DNA of 64,000 bases, from assembly GCA_963606965.1 (NCBI GenBank), contig CAVDAL010000051.1, positions 31,487-95,486 on the forward strand, in the 5' to 3' direction. The position numbers were made by a program, and so were the translations under genes. The notes under the pieces were generated by a model that saw nothing but the letters and a program-made list of their open reading frames with translations, was not told the origin of the DNA and searched no databases. This document shows positions 32,264 through 41,482 of this stretch, one piece after another. This DNA comes from Acutalibacteraceae bacterium. GTDB lineage: Bacteria > Actinomycetota > Coriobacteriia > Coriobacteriales > QAMH01. The first letter of the stretch is position 1. Each line of letters begins with the position of its first letter.

Positions 32264-32292
32264 TTGCTTTATCTTTATATGCCTCGTATACT
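32264..32292 (+). promoter_or_regulatory. Candidate promoter of the first ABC operon (TTGCTT-17 nt-TATACT)
   Basis: Hexamers read directly in the recO-SBP spacer. Confidence 0.45.
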
Positions 32293-32345
32293 TTACCGCG
32301 TTAAAGCACTAAACTACTAAAGTAAACACGAAAAAAGGGGTTTCA

Positions 32346-33161
32346 ATGAAGAAGGTTTTAGCACTTATTTTGTCAGTTTGCATGGCAGCATTTGGCGTTA
32401 CAGCTTTAAGCGGCTGTGGCAGTTCTAACAGCTTGGAAGGCCAAGATTTTGTTGTTGGCTTCGATGCTGAATATCCTCCATATGGCTATATGGATACAGA
32501 TGGCAGCTATACAGGTTTCGATCTTGACTTAGCTCAAGAAGTTTGTGAACGCAATGGCTGGAATTATTCAGCAACACCAATCGATTGGGATTCAAAAGAT
32601 CAAATGCTTGAATCAGGCAGCATTACATGCATTTGGAATGGCTTTACTATGGAAGGGCGCGAAGGTCAATATACTTTCTCTGACCCATATATGGTCAACA
32701 AACAAGTCATAGTTACAAAGGCAGATAGCGATATCAATTCTTTGGCTGATTTGTCAGGAAAAGCTGTTATCACTCAAAAAGGTTCCGCTGCAGCAAGCTT
32801 GTTTGATGAAGGCGGAGACCAAGTCGACCTTGGCAAGACATTTAAGCAGCTTGATACTGTCGCAGATTATAACAGCGCGTTTATGCAGCTTGAAAGTGGC
32901 GCAGTAGACGCTGTAGCTTGTGATTTATCAATTGCAGCTTATCAAATTTCAGCAAATCCAGATGCATATAAGCAACTTGATGAAGCATTGAGTGAAGAAA
33001 GCTATGCTGTTGGCTTCTTGCTTGATGGTGAAAATTCAGAAGAAATGGCAAGCGCAGTTTCTTCAACATTAAAAGAAATGTATGAGGACGGAACAGTTGA
33101 AGAGCTCATCAATAAATATGCTGATCAAGGCATGAGCATCGAAAACTGGCTTATCAAATAA
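32346..33161 (+). CDS. Polar amino-acid ABC transporter substrate-binding lipoprotein (system 1)
   Basis: Lipobox 'LSGC', family-3 SBP features ('GFD.EYPPY', 'GFDLDLA', 'D.V..D'). Confidence 0.85.
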   Translation: MKKVLALILSVCMAAFGVTALSGCGSSNSLEGQDFVVGFDAEYPPYGYMDTDGSYTGFDLDLAQEVCERNGWNYSATPIDWDSKDQMLESGSITCIWNGFTMEGREGQYTFSDPYMVNKQVIVTKADSDINSLADLSGKAVITQKGSAAASLFDEGGDQVDLGKTFKQLDTVADYNSAFMQLESGAVDAVACDLSIAAYQISANPDAYKQLDEALSEESYAVGFLLDGENSEEMASAVSSTLKEMYEDGTVEELINKYADQGMSIENWLIK

Positions 33162-33185
33162 TCTGTAATTTATATTAGTTCTTTG

Positions 33186-33217
33186 GATGAAGGGGAGTGC
33201 AAAAGCTCTCCTTCATC
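33186..33217 (+). other. Intercistronic stem-loop after the SBP gene
   Basis: 12-bp stem GATGAAGGGGAG/CTCTCCTTCATC (one G-U) with an 8-nt loop and no clear T-tract. Confidence 0.5.
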
Positions 33218-33239
33218 TTGTGTCGTGATAGGGGAAACA

Positions 33240-33941
33240 TTGTTTTCATTTCTTAGTGGCATAATGGTTGGCTCAGGTGCTCATGCCATGCCGCTTTCTA
33301 CAATATTGAGTACAATGCTCGGCGGTCTTGGGACTGCAGGCATTATTTTTGTCGTTGCGCTAGTGGGCTCTTTGCCTCTTGGCATTATTGTTGCATTATG
33401 CAGAATGTCCAAGTTCAAGCCATTAGCATTCTTGGCGCGAATTTATATCTCTTTTCTTCGTGGAACACCTTTAGTTTTGCAATTAATGTTTATATTCTTT
33501 GCTCCTTATTATATTTTTGGAGTAAAAATTACTATTGCCTGGCGCATGGGCGCATGCTTAATTGGCTTTATACTAAATTATGCTGCATATTTTGCAGAAA
33601 TTTATAGAAGCGGCATTCAGTCAATTCCACCTGGACAATATGAAGCAGCTCAAGTTTTAGGCTATTCAAAGAGTCAAACTTTCTTAAAGATTGTTTTACC
33701 ACAAGTTATTAAACGCATAACTCCTGCAATGGGAAATGAAATCATCACATTAGTAAAAGATACATCTCTTGCATTTGTTTTAAGCATTGCAGAAATGTTT
33801 ACACAAGCAGAAACTTTAGCAGCGGCAATGGTTAGCATGATTCCATATGTAATAGCTGCTGCTCTGTATTGGTTCTTCACACTAATCATTGAATTTTTGC
33901 TTGGTAAATTTGAAAAGAAATTGGATTATTATCATGACTAG
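33240..33941 (+). CDS. Polar amino-acid ABC transporter permease (system 1)
   Basis: HisMQ-type TMD with 'RGTPL.LQL' and 'YEAAQVLG.S..QTF..IVLPQ'. The start is uncertain: TTG 33240 (5 nt after AGGGG) is preferred over ORF-track 33183, which runs through the hairpin; ATG 33264 is also possible. Confidence 0.8.
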   Translation: MFSFLSGIMVGSGAHAMPLSTILSTMLGGLGTAGIIFVVALVGSLPLGIIVALCRMSKFKPLAFLARIYISFLRGTPLVLQLMFIFFAPYYIFGVKITIAWRMGACLIGFILNYAAYFAEIYRSGIQSIPPGQYEAAQVLGYSKSQTFLKIVLPQVIKRITPAMGNEIITLVKDTSLAFVLSIAEMFTQAETLAAAMVSMIPYVIAAALYWFFTLIIEFLLGKFEKKLDYYHD

Positions 33942-34710
33942 TTCTAAAGATATAATTTTCAGCTTAAGACATGTCAAGAAATCATTTTCTGGCATTGAAG
34001 TTTTAAAAGATATCTCGCTTGAAGTCAGCCGCGGGGAAGTTGTAGCTGTTATCGGCCCTTCAGGTTCTGGCAAGTCAACTTTCTTGCGATGCGCAACATT
34101 GCTTGAAACTATGGATGCTGGTGAACTTAAATATGGAGATATTGAAGTTACAAAAAATGATGACGCTGGCAAAGCTATTTATGCGGATAAAAACACATTA
34201 AAGCTTGCACGCATGCATTTTGGTCTTGTATTCCAAAACTTTAATCTTTTCCCGCATTACAGCATTTTGAAAAATGTAAGCGACGCTCCAATCTCTGTTC
34301 AAAAGCGCAATGTGGATGATGCTATAGAAGATGCCAAAAGCCTTATTAAAAAGATGGGGCTTGAAGGCAAAGAAGATATGGTGCCTTGCGAGCTTTCAGG
34401 TGGACAACAACAGCGAGTCGCGATTGCAAGAGCTCTAGCAATGCATCCTGACATTCTATTTTTTGATGAACCAACATCTGCTCTTGACCCAGAACTTACA
34501 CGTGAAGTCTTAAAAGTTATTCGTGATTTAGCAGCTGAACAAATGACAATGGTTATCGTCACGCATGAAATGTCATTTGCGCGTGATGTTGCTGACAGAA
34601 TTATTTTTATGGAAGGCGGCATTATTGTTGAGCAAGGACCTGCGCAAGAACTCATCAATAATCCGAAACAAGAACGAACTAAAGAATTTCTGCAGCAATA
34701 TTCGAAATAA
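33934..34710 (+). CDS. Polar amino-acid ABC transporter ATP-binding protein (system 1)
   Basis: 'GPSGSGKST', '[15 protein letters not shown]', 'ILFFDEPTSALD'. ATG 33934 overlaps the permease stop. Confidence 0.95.
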   Translation: MTSSKDIIFSLRHVKKSFSGIEVLKDISLEVSRGEVVAVIGPSGSGKSTFLRCATLLETMDAGELKYGDIEVTKNDDAGKAIYADKNTLKLARMHFGLVFQNFNLFPHYSILKNVSDAPISVQKRNVDDAIEDAKSLIKKMGLEGKEDMVPCELSGGQQQRVAIARALAMHPDILFFDEPTSALDPELTREVLKVIRDLAAEQMTMVIVTHEMSFARDVADRIIFMEGGIIVEQGPAQELINNPKQERTKEFLQQYSK

Positions 34711-34868
34711 GAATTTGTAAATTGCAAGCTTTTATTATTGTTTTAATATGCCGTTTACAGTTTTTTTCAATAAAAATGAATAAAATGCAAAAAAATTGAT
34801 AAAAAAGTGCATATAATGACGAAGTCGTTTTAAAAGTACTGCAAAAAATATCTATGAAAGGGAAGGCT

Positions 34869-35645
34869 ATGAAAAACTTAAAGAAAATATTAGTAGTTTT
34901 TATGGCAGCATGTTTGGCTGTTTGCATGCTTGCTGCAATGACAGGCTGTGGTGAAGAAAAGACAACAGAAAAATTAACAGTTGCAACATCTCCAGATTAT
35001 CCACCATTTGAAAATTTAGTTGATGGTGAAATTGTTGGTTTTGAAGCAGATCTTTGGCAAGCAGTTGCAGAAGAAATGGGCGTTGAATTTGAATGGAAGC
35101 AGATGCAATTTGATGCAATTGAACCAGCAATTACTGCAGGTGAAGTTGACCTTGGCATCTCCGGTTTTTCCATCACTCCAGACCGCGAAAAGAGCTATCT
35201 CTTCAGTGATTCTTACTTCACAGATGATATTGCTGTTGCTGCTTTAACAGATAACAAAGAAATCACAAAAGACAATGCAAAAGAAGCGCTCGACAAAGAA
35301 GGCGTTGTAATTGCTGTTCAAACTGGTACTACTGGTGAAACATTTGCAAAAGAAAACTTCTCTAATGCAACTGTTAAGGGTTATGGCAACTCAACTGATT
35401 GCTTTGCAGCTGTTCAAGCTGGTAAAGCAGATGCAGTTTGCACAAATCTTTCTGTTGTAAGCGACATGCTCAGCGAATCTTATACAAATGAACAGGTTGT
35501 TTATAAAGAAGCTTCAGATGAACAATATGGCTTCTTATTGCCACAAGACAGCACTGATCTTCAAGAACAGATCAATACTGCTCTTTCAACTTTGAAAGAC
35601 AATGGCAAGCTTGATGAAATCACAAATAAGTGGTTCGCTGAATAA
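34869..35645 (+). CDS. Polar amino-acid ABC transporter substrate-binding lipoprotein (system 2)
   Basis: Lipobox 'MTGC', 'SPDYPPFE', 'GFEADL'. ATG 34869 sits behind AGGGAAGG (34854 is also possible). Confidence 0.85.
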   Translation: MKNLKKILVVFMAACLAVCMLAAMTGCGEEKTTEKLTVATSPDYPPFENLVDGEIVGFEADLWQAVAEEMGVEFEWKQMQFDAIEPAITAGEVDLGISGFSITPDREKSYLFSDSYFTDDIAVAALTDNKEITKDNAKEALDKEGVVIAVQTGTTGETFAKENFSNATVKGYGNSTDCFAAVQAGKADAVCTNLSVVSDMLSESYTNEQVVYKEASDEQYGFLLPQDSTDLQEQINTALSTLKDNGKLDEITNKWFAE

Positions 35646-35661
35646 TATTGCAAATATTTAT

Positions 35662-35698
35662 GCGGGCCTAATCTGAAAAAGATTGGGTCCGCTTTTTT
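35662..35698 (+). terminator. Intra-operon intrinsic terminator between the SBP and permease genes
   Basis: 12-bp stem GCGGGCCTAATC/GATTGGGTCCGC, 7-nt loop, then TTTTTT. The permease SD begins 3 nt later. Confidence 0.75.
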
Positions 35699-35709
35699 GT
35701 GAGGGAAAA

Positions 35710-37107
35710 ATGGCAGAAAGATATTCCAAAAAAATAAATATTGCCTTTTTGTTTATTGCAGCTCTTGTGAGCTTTTTTGCATTTTGTATTGTTGCTTCAA
35801 ATAGTGCATTTGCTTTAGAAACTTCAAAATGCACAGCAATGCCAAATGTTGATAATGCAAATGAAGTTATGGGCGCAACTGAAACACGCATTACATGGGA
35901 AGGGCAGCTTGAAGGCGGCGAAAGCATAAAAGAAGTCACATTAAATTTACCTGAGGGCACAACATATGATTCAAGCGATACTCGTGTTACTGTGCTTTCT
36001 GGTGAAGATAATATGGACAGAGAAAAGCCAGAATTCAATATTGATGCAAATGATGAAACTTTGCATTTGAGTTTTGATAAAGATATTGAAGGCGAATGTC
36101 TTTTACGTGTAAATGTTTGTGGCGTTTTCTTCCCAGCTCACGGTGGACAGCTTCAAATGACTGCGACTGCCATTTCTGCAGATGGAAGCACTATTCAAAT
36201 CAATGACATTCCAAATATCGAAGTTCAAAAAATTAAAACAAGTGAACGCATAGCAAATTGGCTTGATTCAAAAAGCTTTGTGCAAGAATGGAATAGTGTT
36301 CGCATCTTGCATCTCTTTTTAGATCCAGGTTTAATCGTCACAAGTTTCCCTCAAGTCTTTAAAGGCTTTTTAATGGCTCTAGCTTTGGTGGCTGTTGCAT
36401 TTCCATTAGCTATTCCATGGGGTTTTGTTTTAAGCTTAATGCGTATGTCTCGCTTTAAAGTTTTACGTGGAATTGCTACTGTTTATGTAAATGTTGTTCG
36501 TGGCACTCCACTATTTTTGCAAATTTATATTGCATTCTTTGGTTTGCCTTTGGCAGGCATTGACCCGCCGGACTACATTATGGGCTTTATAGTCTTGGCA
36601 CTGAACTCTGGTGCATATCTTTGCGAAATTTTCCGTGCTGGCATTCAGTCAATTCCAAAGGGGCAATTTGAAGCCGCTCGTTCATTAGGTATGACTGGCG
36701 CTCAAACAATGATGCATGTTATTGTTCCGCAAACTGTGCGCCGTGTTATGCCAACAATGACAAGTGAATTTATTTTGCTTTATAAAGACACATCACTTCT
36801 TGCATCTATCGGCATTATGGAAGTTGTAATGTATGCAAAGACTATTGTTGCAGCTACTGGTTCAATTACTCCATATATTGTTGCAGCTATTTTCTATCTT
36901 GTCATCACATTGCCTCTTGCAAGATTTGTTGGCAAACTCGAACGCAAATTGGCATTGCTTGACGGCGGACATGTTGTTGAAGCTACAGATAAGAAAAAGC
37001 ACAAGAGCCGCGCATTTAGCACAGTAAAAGATGGCGATGTAACACTTGCATCTTATGAGGCAACGAGCTTTGTTCCAGACGATTCAGCTGATGAAGGTGG
37101 AAAGTAA
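35710..37107 (+). CDS. Amino-acid ABC permease fused to an unassigned ~155-aa extracytoplasmic N-terminal domain
   Basis: N-terminal signal/anchor ending 'SAFA'. The C-terminal half is a HisMQ-type TMD ('RGTPLFLQ', '[14 protein letters not shown]...VPQ'). ATG 35710 follows GAGGGA. Confidence 0.85.
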   Translation: MAERYSKKINIAFLFIAALVSFFAFCIVASNSAFALETSKCTAMPNVDNANEVMGATETRITWEGQLEGGESIKEVTLNLPEGTTYDSSDTRVTVLSGEDNMDREKPEFNIDANDETLHLSFDKDIEGECLLRVNVCGVFFPAHGGQLQMTATAISADGSTIQINDIPNIEVQKIKTSERIANWLDSKSFVQEWNSVRILHLFLDPGLIVTSFPQVFKGFLMALALVAVAFPLAIPWGFVLSLMRMSRFKVLRGIATVYVNVVRGTPLFLQIYIAFFGLPLAGIDPPDYIMGFIVLALNSGAYLCEIFRAGIQSIPKGQFEAARSLGMTGAQTMMHVIVPQTVRRVMPTMTSEFILLYKDTSLLASIGIMEVVMYAKTIVAATGSITPYIVAAIFYLVITLPLARFVGKLERKLALLDGGHVVEATDKKKHKSRAFSTVKDGDVTLASYEATSFVPDDSADEGGK

Positions 37108-37108
37108 A

Positions 37109-37846
37109 ATGGCACAAGAAAATATGATTAGCATTCAACACCTTTCAAAAAGCTTTGGTGAAAATGAAGTTTTAAAAGATGTAAATATTGATGTTAAACG
37201 CGGTGAAGTCGTTGTTGTTTTGGGTCCTTCTGGCTCTGGCAAGTCCACGATGCTCAGGTGCATCAATAAGCTCGAAGAACCAAGCGGCGGTCATATCTTT
37301 ATTGAAGGGACTGACATTTGTGACCCAAAAACAAATGTCGATAAATTACGTGAACATGTCGGGATGGTTTTCCAGTCGTTTAACTTATTCCCGCATCTTA
37401 CTGCAAAAAAGAATATTATGCTTGCACAGATTAAAGTTTTAAAGCGTTCAAAAGAAGAAGCTGAAAAAATAGCTCTTGAACAGCTTGAACGCGTTGGTCT
37501 GGCAGACAGAGCTGACTTTTTGCCAGCCCAGCTTTCTGGTGGACAGCAGCAGCGTGTTGCAATTGCTCGCGCTCTGGCAATGGATCCACATGTTATGCTT
37601 TTTGATGAAGCAACATCTGCTCTTGACCCAGAACTTGTTCGTGGAGTTTTAGATGTAATGCGTAAACTTGCACAAGGAGGTATGACAATGGTTGTTGTTA
37701 CGCATGAAATGGGTTTTGCGCGCGAAGTAGCAGACAGAGTAATTTTTATGGAAGAGGGCGTTGTTGTTGAAGATGGCACACCAACAGAAGTGTTTGATCA
37801 TCCAAAATCAGAACGCACAAAAGACTTTTTAGGGCATATATCATAA
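37109..37846 (+). CDS. Polar amino-acid ABC transporter ATP-binding protein (system 2)
   Basis: 'GPSGSGKST', '[15 protein letters not shown]', '[11 protein letters not shown]'. Confidence 0.95.
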   Translation: MAQENMISIQHLSKSFGENEVLKDVNIDVKRGEVVVVLGPSGSGKSTMLRCINKLEEPSGGHIFIEGTDICDPKTNVDKLREHVGMVFQSFNLFPHLTAKKNIMLAQIKVLKRSKEEAEKIALEQLERVGLADRADFLPAQLSGGQQQRVAIARALAMDPHVMLFDEATSALDPELVRGVLDVMRKLAQGGMTMVVVTHEMGFAREVADRVIFMEEGVVVEDGTPTEVFDHPKSERTKDFLGHIS

Positions 37847-38719
37847 GTGAAATATAAAGGTTATATTTTATTAGCAACATTAATTTGGGGCAGCTCCTTT
37901 GTAATTGTTAAGGATGTTACAAGCGAACTTGCTGTTTTATGGCTTTTGTCAATTAGATTTTTAACAGCATCAATTTTGCTTGCTCTTATCTTTATAAAAA
38001 AGCGCAAGCTGTTTTTCAAAAAGGAATATATTATCTGTGGCGCATGCTTTGGATGTGCGCTATTTATTGCTTATTATTTCCAAACTATTGGCATTACAGA
38101 TACAACACCGGGTAAAAATGCCTTCCTTAGTGCGCCATATAATATCTTAGTTCCATTTTTTGCTTGGTTTATTGGAATGCGCAAGCCAACAATTTTTAAT
38201 GTTTTAGCTGCTGTTTTGGCAATCTTTGGTGTTGGATTAATTGCTTTGGATAGCGATTTATCTTTCAGGTGGGGAGACGCTATGACACTTATTGGGGCAG
38301 TATTTTTTGCTGTTCATATTGTTTTAGTGTCACGTCTTTCTGAAAATAAAGACATATATGTTTTAACAATATGGCAGTTTTTTGTAGCAGGTATTATCCC
38401 TTTTATAGGCGCACTTATTTTTAAAGATGGCATACAAATAAGCTCATGGGGAATGGATATGTGGGGAAGTATTGCATACTTAACAATAGGTTGCACTGCC
38501 GCTGCATTATTATTGCAAAATATGGGTTTAAAGAAAATCCCGCCAGCAACCGGCGCATTGCTTTTGTCATTTGAATCTGTATTCGGAGCAATATTTAGCA
38601 TTGCAATGGGGGCAGAAGTTTTGACTGCAAAAATTATCATTGGATTTTTTGTTATGTTCTTTGCTGTTTTGGTTTCAGAATATCTTCCACAACGTTTGCA
38701 AAAACGAAAGACCGCTTAA
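37847..38719 (+). CDS. EamA/DMT-family transporter
   Basis: 290 aa, about 10 predicted TM helices in two EamA-like halves. GTG directly follows the ATPase stop. Confidence 0.75.
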   Translation: MKYKGYILLATLIWGSSFVIVKDVTSELAVLWLLSIRFLTASILLALIFIKKRKLFFKKEYIICGACFGCALFIAYYFQTIGITDTTPGKNAFLSAPYNILVPFFAWFIGMRKPTIFNVLAAVLAIFGVGLIALDSDLSFRWGDAMTLIGAVFFAVHIVLVSRLSENKDIYVLTIWQFFVAGIIPFIGALIFKDGIQISSWGMDMWGSIAYLTIGCTAAALLLQNMGLKKIPPATGALLLSFESVFGAIFSIAMGAEVLTAKIIIGFFVMFFAVLVSEYLPQRLQKRKTA

Positions 38720-38879
38720 GAATTACAGACTAGTAATGATATGTAAGCTTTGCTAAAATTCGCTTTTGTTTGTACCTGATGCTTAGTTTGCATCTTCACT
38801 CAGATGCTTAACTCAGCTTCAGGCGTATTGTAAGTTGCTTAGCCGCAATGGCTAGCATGATTTATTAGGGTGGTTAATC

Positions 38880-39155
38880 ATGACTATTTCTAAAGAACGT
38901 AAGGCTGAACTTATTAAAGAGTTCGGCAAAAATGAACATGACTCTGGTTCAGCAGAAGTTCAAGTTGCAATTATGACTGAACGCATTCGTGAACTCACCG
39001 AACATGTTAAAGTTCATAAGAAGGATCATCACACACGTCGTGGTCTTTTGAAATTGGTTGGTCAACGTCGTCGTTTGTTGGCTTATATCAAAGAACGCGA
39101 TATTGTTAAATATCGTGAACTTATCGCAAAACTTGGTATTCGCGATAACGTCTAA
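38880..39155 (+). CDS. rpsO: 30S ribosomal protein S15
   Basis: '[16 protein letters not shown]...HKKDHH.RRGLL..VG.RR.LL.Y'. Confidence 0.97.
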   Translation: MTISKERKAELIKEFGKNEHDSGSAEVQVAIMTERIRELTEHVKVHKKDHHTRRGLLKLVGQRRRLLAYIKERDIVKYRELIAKLGIRDNV

Positions 39156-39160
39156 AAGTG

Positions 39161-39188
39161 AAGCGGGCGAATATCGCCCGCTTTTTTA
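39161..39188 (+). terminator. rpsO intrinsic terminator / pnp leader hairpin 1
   Basis: 9-bp GC-rich stem AGCGGGCGA/TCGCCCGCT followed by TTTTTT. Confidence 0.8.
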
Positions 39189-39232
39189 TGAGGTCTGCAT
39201 TGCACGGGGTAATGCAGTTGGAAAGAGGAAAA

Positions 39233-41383
39233 ATGAAAAAAGTTACACATGAATTTGATCTTTATGGCAAGCATTATGAATTCGAAACAGGAGAGCTTGC
39301 AAAACAAGCAACCGGCTCAGTTTTAGTCAAACAAGGCGACACAACTTTACTTGTTACAGCCGTTGTTTCAAAAGAACGCAAAAACCTTGATTTCTTCCCA
39401 TTAACAGTAGATTTTATTGAAAAAATGTATGCTGTTGGACGCATTCCAGGTGGCTATTTAAAGCGTGAATCAAAACCATCAGATAAGGGTACATTAACAG
39501 CTAGAATGGTTGATAGACCAATTCGTCCTGGTTTTCCTGATGGATTCAGAAATGAAGTACATATTGTTGTTACAACATTTTGCTGCGACCAAGTTAATCA
39601 ACCAGATGTCATATCAATTATGGGCGCTTCTGCTGCTTTGATGGTTGGCGGTGTTCCATTTGATGGTCCATGTGCTGGCGTTCGTATTGCTCGCAATATA
39701 GAAACTGGCGAATATATCGTTAATCCTACATTTGAAGAAGAAAAAGCTTCAGATTTAAGCTTGACTGTTGCTGGCACAAAAGAATATATCAGCATGGTTG
39801 AAGCTGGTGGCGATGAAGTTCCTGAAGAAGAAATGCTTGACGCTTTGGAATTTGCACAAAAAGTTATTGGCGAATTTTGCGATGCTCAACAGGCTTTCTT
39901 GGATAAGGTTGATATTGAGCCAAAAGAATATGAACTTGATGAACCAATTCCAGAAATTGTTGACAAAGTCAATACATATTACGATCGCATGTATGCCGAC
40001 TTGCAGGATGCTGACAAGCAATCAAGACTTGATAAAGTTGAGGCCCTAAAGGCTGAAATCAAAGAAAGCTTTACAGAAGAAGAGCAAGAAGAATATGCTA
40101 TTCAAATTGCTGCAGCTTGCAAAGCTTTAGAGAAAAAGGCAATGCGTACAATGGTTTTGACAACAGGCGAGCGTGTTGATGGTCGTGCTGTTAATGAAGT
40201 TCGCCCGCTATATATCAAGCCTGGATATCTTCCACGTGCTCATGGTTCTGGTCTTTTCCAGCGCGGACAAACTCAAGTTTTGTCTGTTCTTACTCTTGGT
40301 ATGCTTAATGAATGGCAGCGCCTTGATACAATCGATCCATCTGAAGGCAATAGATATATTCATCATTACAACTTCCCACCATATTGCACAGGCGAAGTTG
40401 GCCGCCTTGGCGCACCAAAGCGCCGCGAACTTGGCCATGGCGCCCTTGCTTGCAGAGCATTAGAGCCAATGATTCCAAGCGAAGATGAATTCCCTTATAC
40501 AATTCGCATTGTTAGTGAAGTTTTGGAGTCAAATGGTTCTTCATCAATGGCTTCTACTTGCGGTTCTACACTTGCATTGATGGATGCTGGTGTTCCAATA
40601 AAGCGCCCTGTTTCTGGTGTTGCAATGGGTCTTATCAAAGAAGGCGATGAAACTGTAATCCTTACAGACATTCAAGGTCTTGAAGACTTTTTGGGCGACA
40701 TGGACTTCAAAGTTTGTGGTACTGAAAAAGGTATCACGGCTTTGCAGATGGACAACAAAGCAAAGGGTCTTTCAACTGAAATTCTTGGCAAAGCTTTGCA
40801 GCAAGCTAAAGAAGGACGTGCTTTCATTTTGAATGCAATGCTTGAAACAATAGACAAGCCTCGTGAAGAGCTTTCTGAATTTGCTCCAAGAATTATTTCT
40901 ATGCAAATTCCAGTGGACAAAATCCGTGACGTTATTGGTTCTGGCGGTAAAGTTATTCGTGGCATTCAAGAAGAAACAGGTGCAACAATCGAAATCCAAG
41001 AAGATGGCACCGTTCATATTGCTTCTACTGACCTTGGTGGAGAAGAAGCTCGCAAGCAGATTGAACTTATTGTTAAAGTCCCAGAAGTTGGGGAAGAATT
41101 TGAAGGTGAAGTCGTCAATATCCAATCATTTGGCGCTTTTGTAAAAATTACTCCATCAAAGGATGGCTTGCTTCATATAAGCAAAGTTGCTCGCGGCAGA
41201 GTAGCAAGCGTTGAAGACGTTTTGCAAATTGGCGATAAAGTTAAAGTCAAAGTAATTGAAATTGATGAAAAATCAGGAAAAATCAGCCTTGATAGAATTG
41301 ATAAACCAGAGGTCACAGGCTCAGCTTTCCCTTCAGAAAATAAAGAAAAACGCGATAATCGTAAGCCTCGCCGCCGCAATTAA
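39233..41383 (+). CDS. pnp: Polyribonucleotide nucleotidyltransferase (PNPase)
   Basis: Two RNase PH domains, KH ('IGSGGK.IR.I') and S1 ('G.V....FGAFV'). ATG 39233 follows AGAGGA; the upstream ORF extension contains the terminator. Confidence 0.97.
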   Translation: MKKVTHEFDLYGKHYEFETGELAKQATGSVLVKQGDTTLLVTAVVSKERKNLDFFPLTVDFIEKMYAVGRIPGGYLKRESKPSDKGTLTARMVDRPIRPGFPDGFRNEVHIVVTTFCCDQVNQPDVISIMGASAALMVGGVPFDGPCAGVRIARNIETGEYIVNPTFEEEKASDLSLTVAGTKEYISMVEAGGDEVPEEEMLDALEFAQKVIGEFCDAQQAFLDKVDIEPKEYELDEPIPEIVDKVNTYYDRMYADLQDADKQSRLDKVEALKAEIKESFTEEEQEEYAIQIAAACKALEKKAMRTMVLTTGERVDGRAVNEVRPLYIKPGYLPRAHGSGLFQRGQTQVLSVLTLGMLNEWQRLDTIDPSEGNRYIHHYNFPPYCTGEVGRLGAPKRRELGHGALACRALEPMIPSEDEFPYTIRIVSEVLESNGSSSMASTCGSTLALMDAGVPIKRPVSGVAMGLIKEGDETVILTDIQGLEDFLGDMDFKVCGTEKGITALQMDNKAKGLSTEILGKALQQAKEGRAFILNAMLETIDKPREELSEFAPRIISMQIPVDKIRDVIGSGGKVIRGIQEETGATIEIQEDGTVHIASTDLGGEEARKQIELIVKVPEVGEEFEGEVVNIQSFGAFVKITPSKDGLLHISKVARGRVASVEDVLQIGDKVKVKVIEIDEKSGKISLDRIDKPEVTGSAFPSENKEKRDNRKPRRRN

Positions 41384-41403
41384 CGCGCAATTCATATCTA
41401 TTG

Positions 41404-41436
41404 AAAAGCCCTGTTCAAATGAACGGGGCTTTTTGT
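41404..41436 (+). terminator. Intrinsic terminator after pnp
   Basis: 10-bp stem AGCCCTGTTC/GAACGGGGCT, 4-nt loop, then TTTTT. Confidence 0.8.
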
Positions 41437-41482
41437 TAAAATCTAGGGCAAACAAAAATAACTAGGAACAAGGTTTATTTTT

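Noticed and set aside
33183-33239. ORF-track N-terminal extension of permease 1 ('MDEGECKSSPSSCVV..')
   Set aside because: These codons are the two arms of the 12-bp intercistronic hairpin, and a better SD/TTG lies at 33240.
34299-34727. 142-aa antisense ORF in ABC ATPase 1 (and a 162-aa antisense ORF at 37291-37779 in ATPase 2)
   Set aside because: Long antisense frames are a known by-product of codon usage in conserved ABC ATPase genes. They have no SD or start context and no recognisable motifs.
35658-36038. 126-aa minus-strand ORF opposite the permease N-terminal domain
   Set aside because: The plus frame is continuous with the conserved TMD and has a signal sequence and SD. The minus ORF would start inside the coding region and run into the terminator hairpin.
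39158-39232. ORF-track N-terminal extension of pnp (and similar upstream extensions at 3091, 6242, 9060, 26986, 30555, 33889, 37046, 47388, 54880, 57593)
   Set aside because: The extensions overlap the preceding gene or a terminator and lack SD sequences. Internal starts with a good SD restore canonical N-termini.
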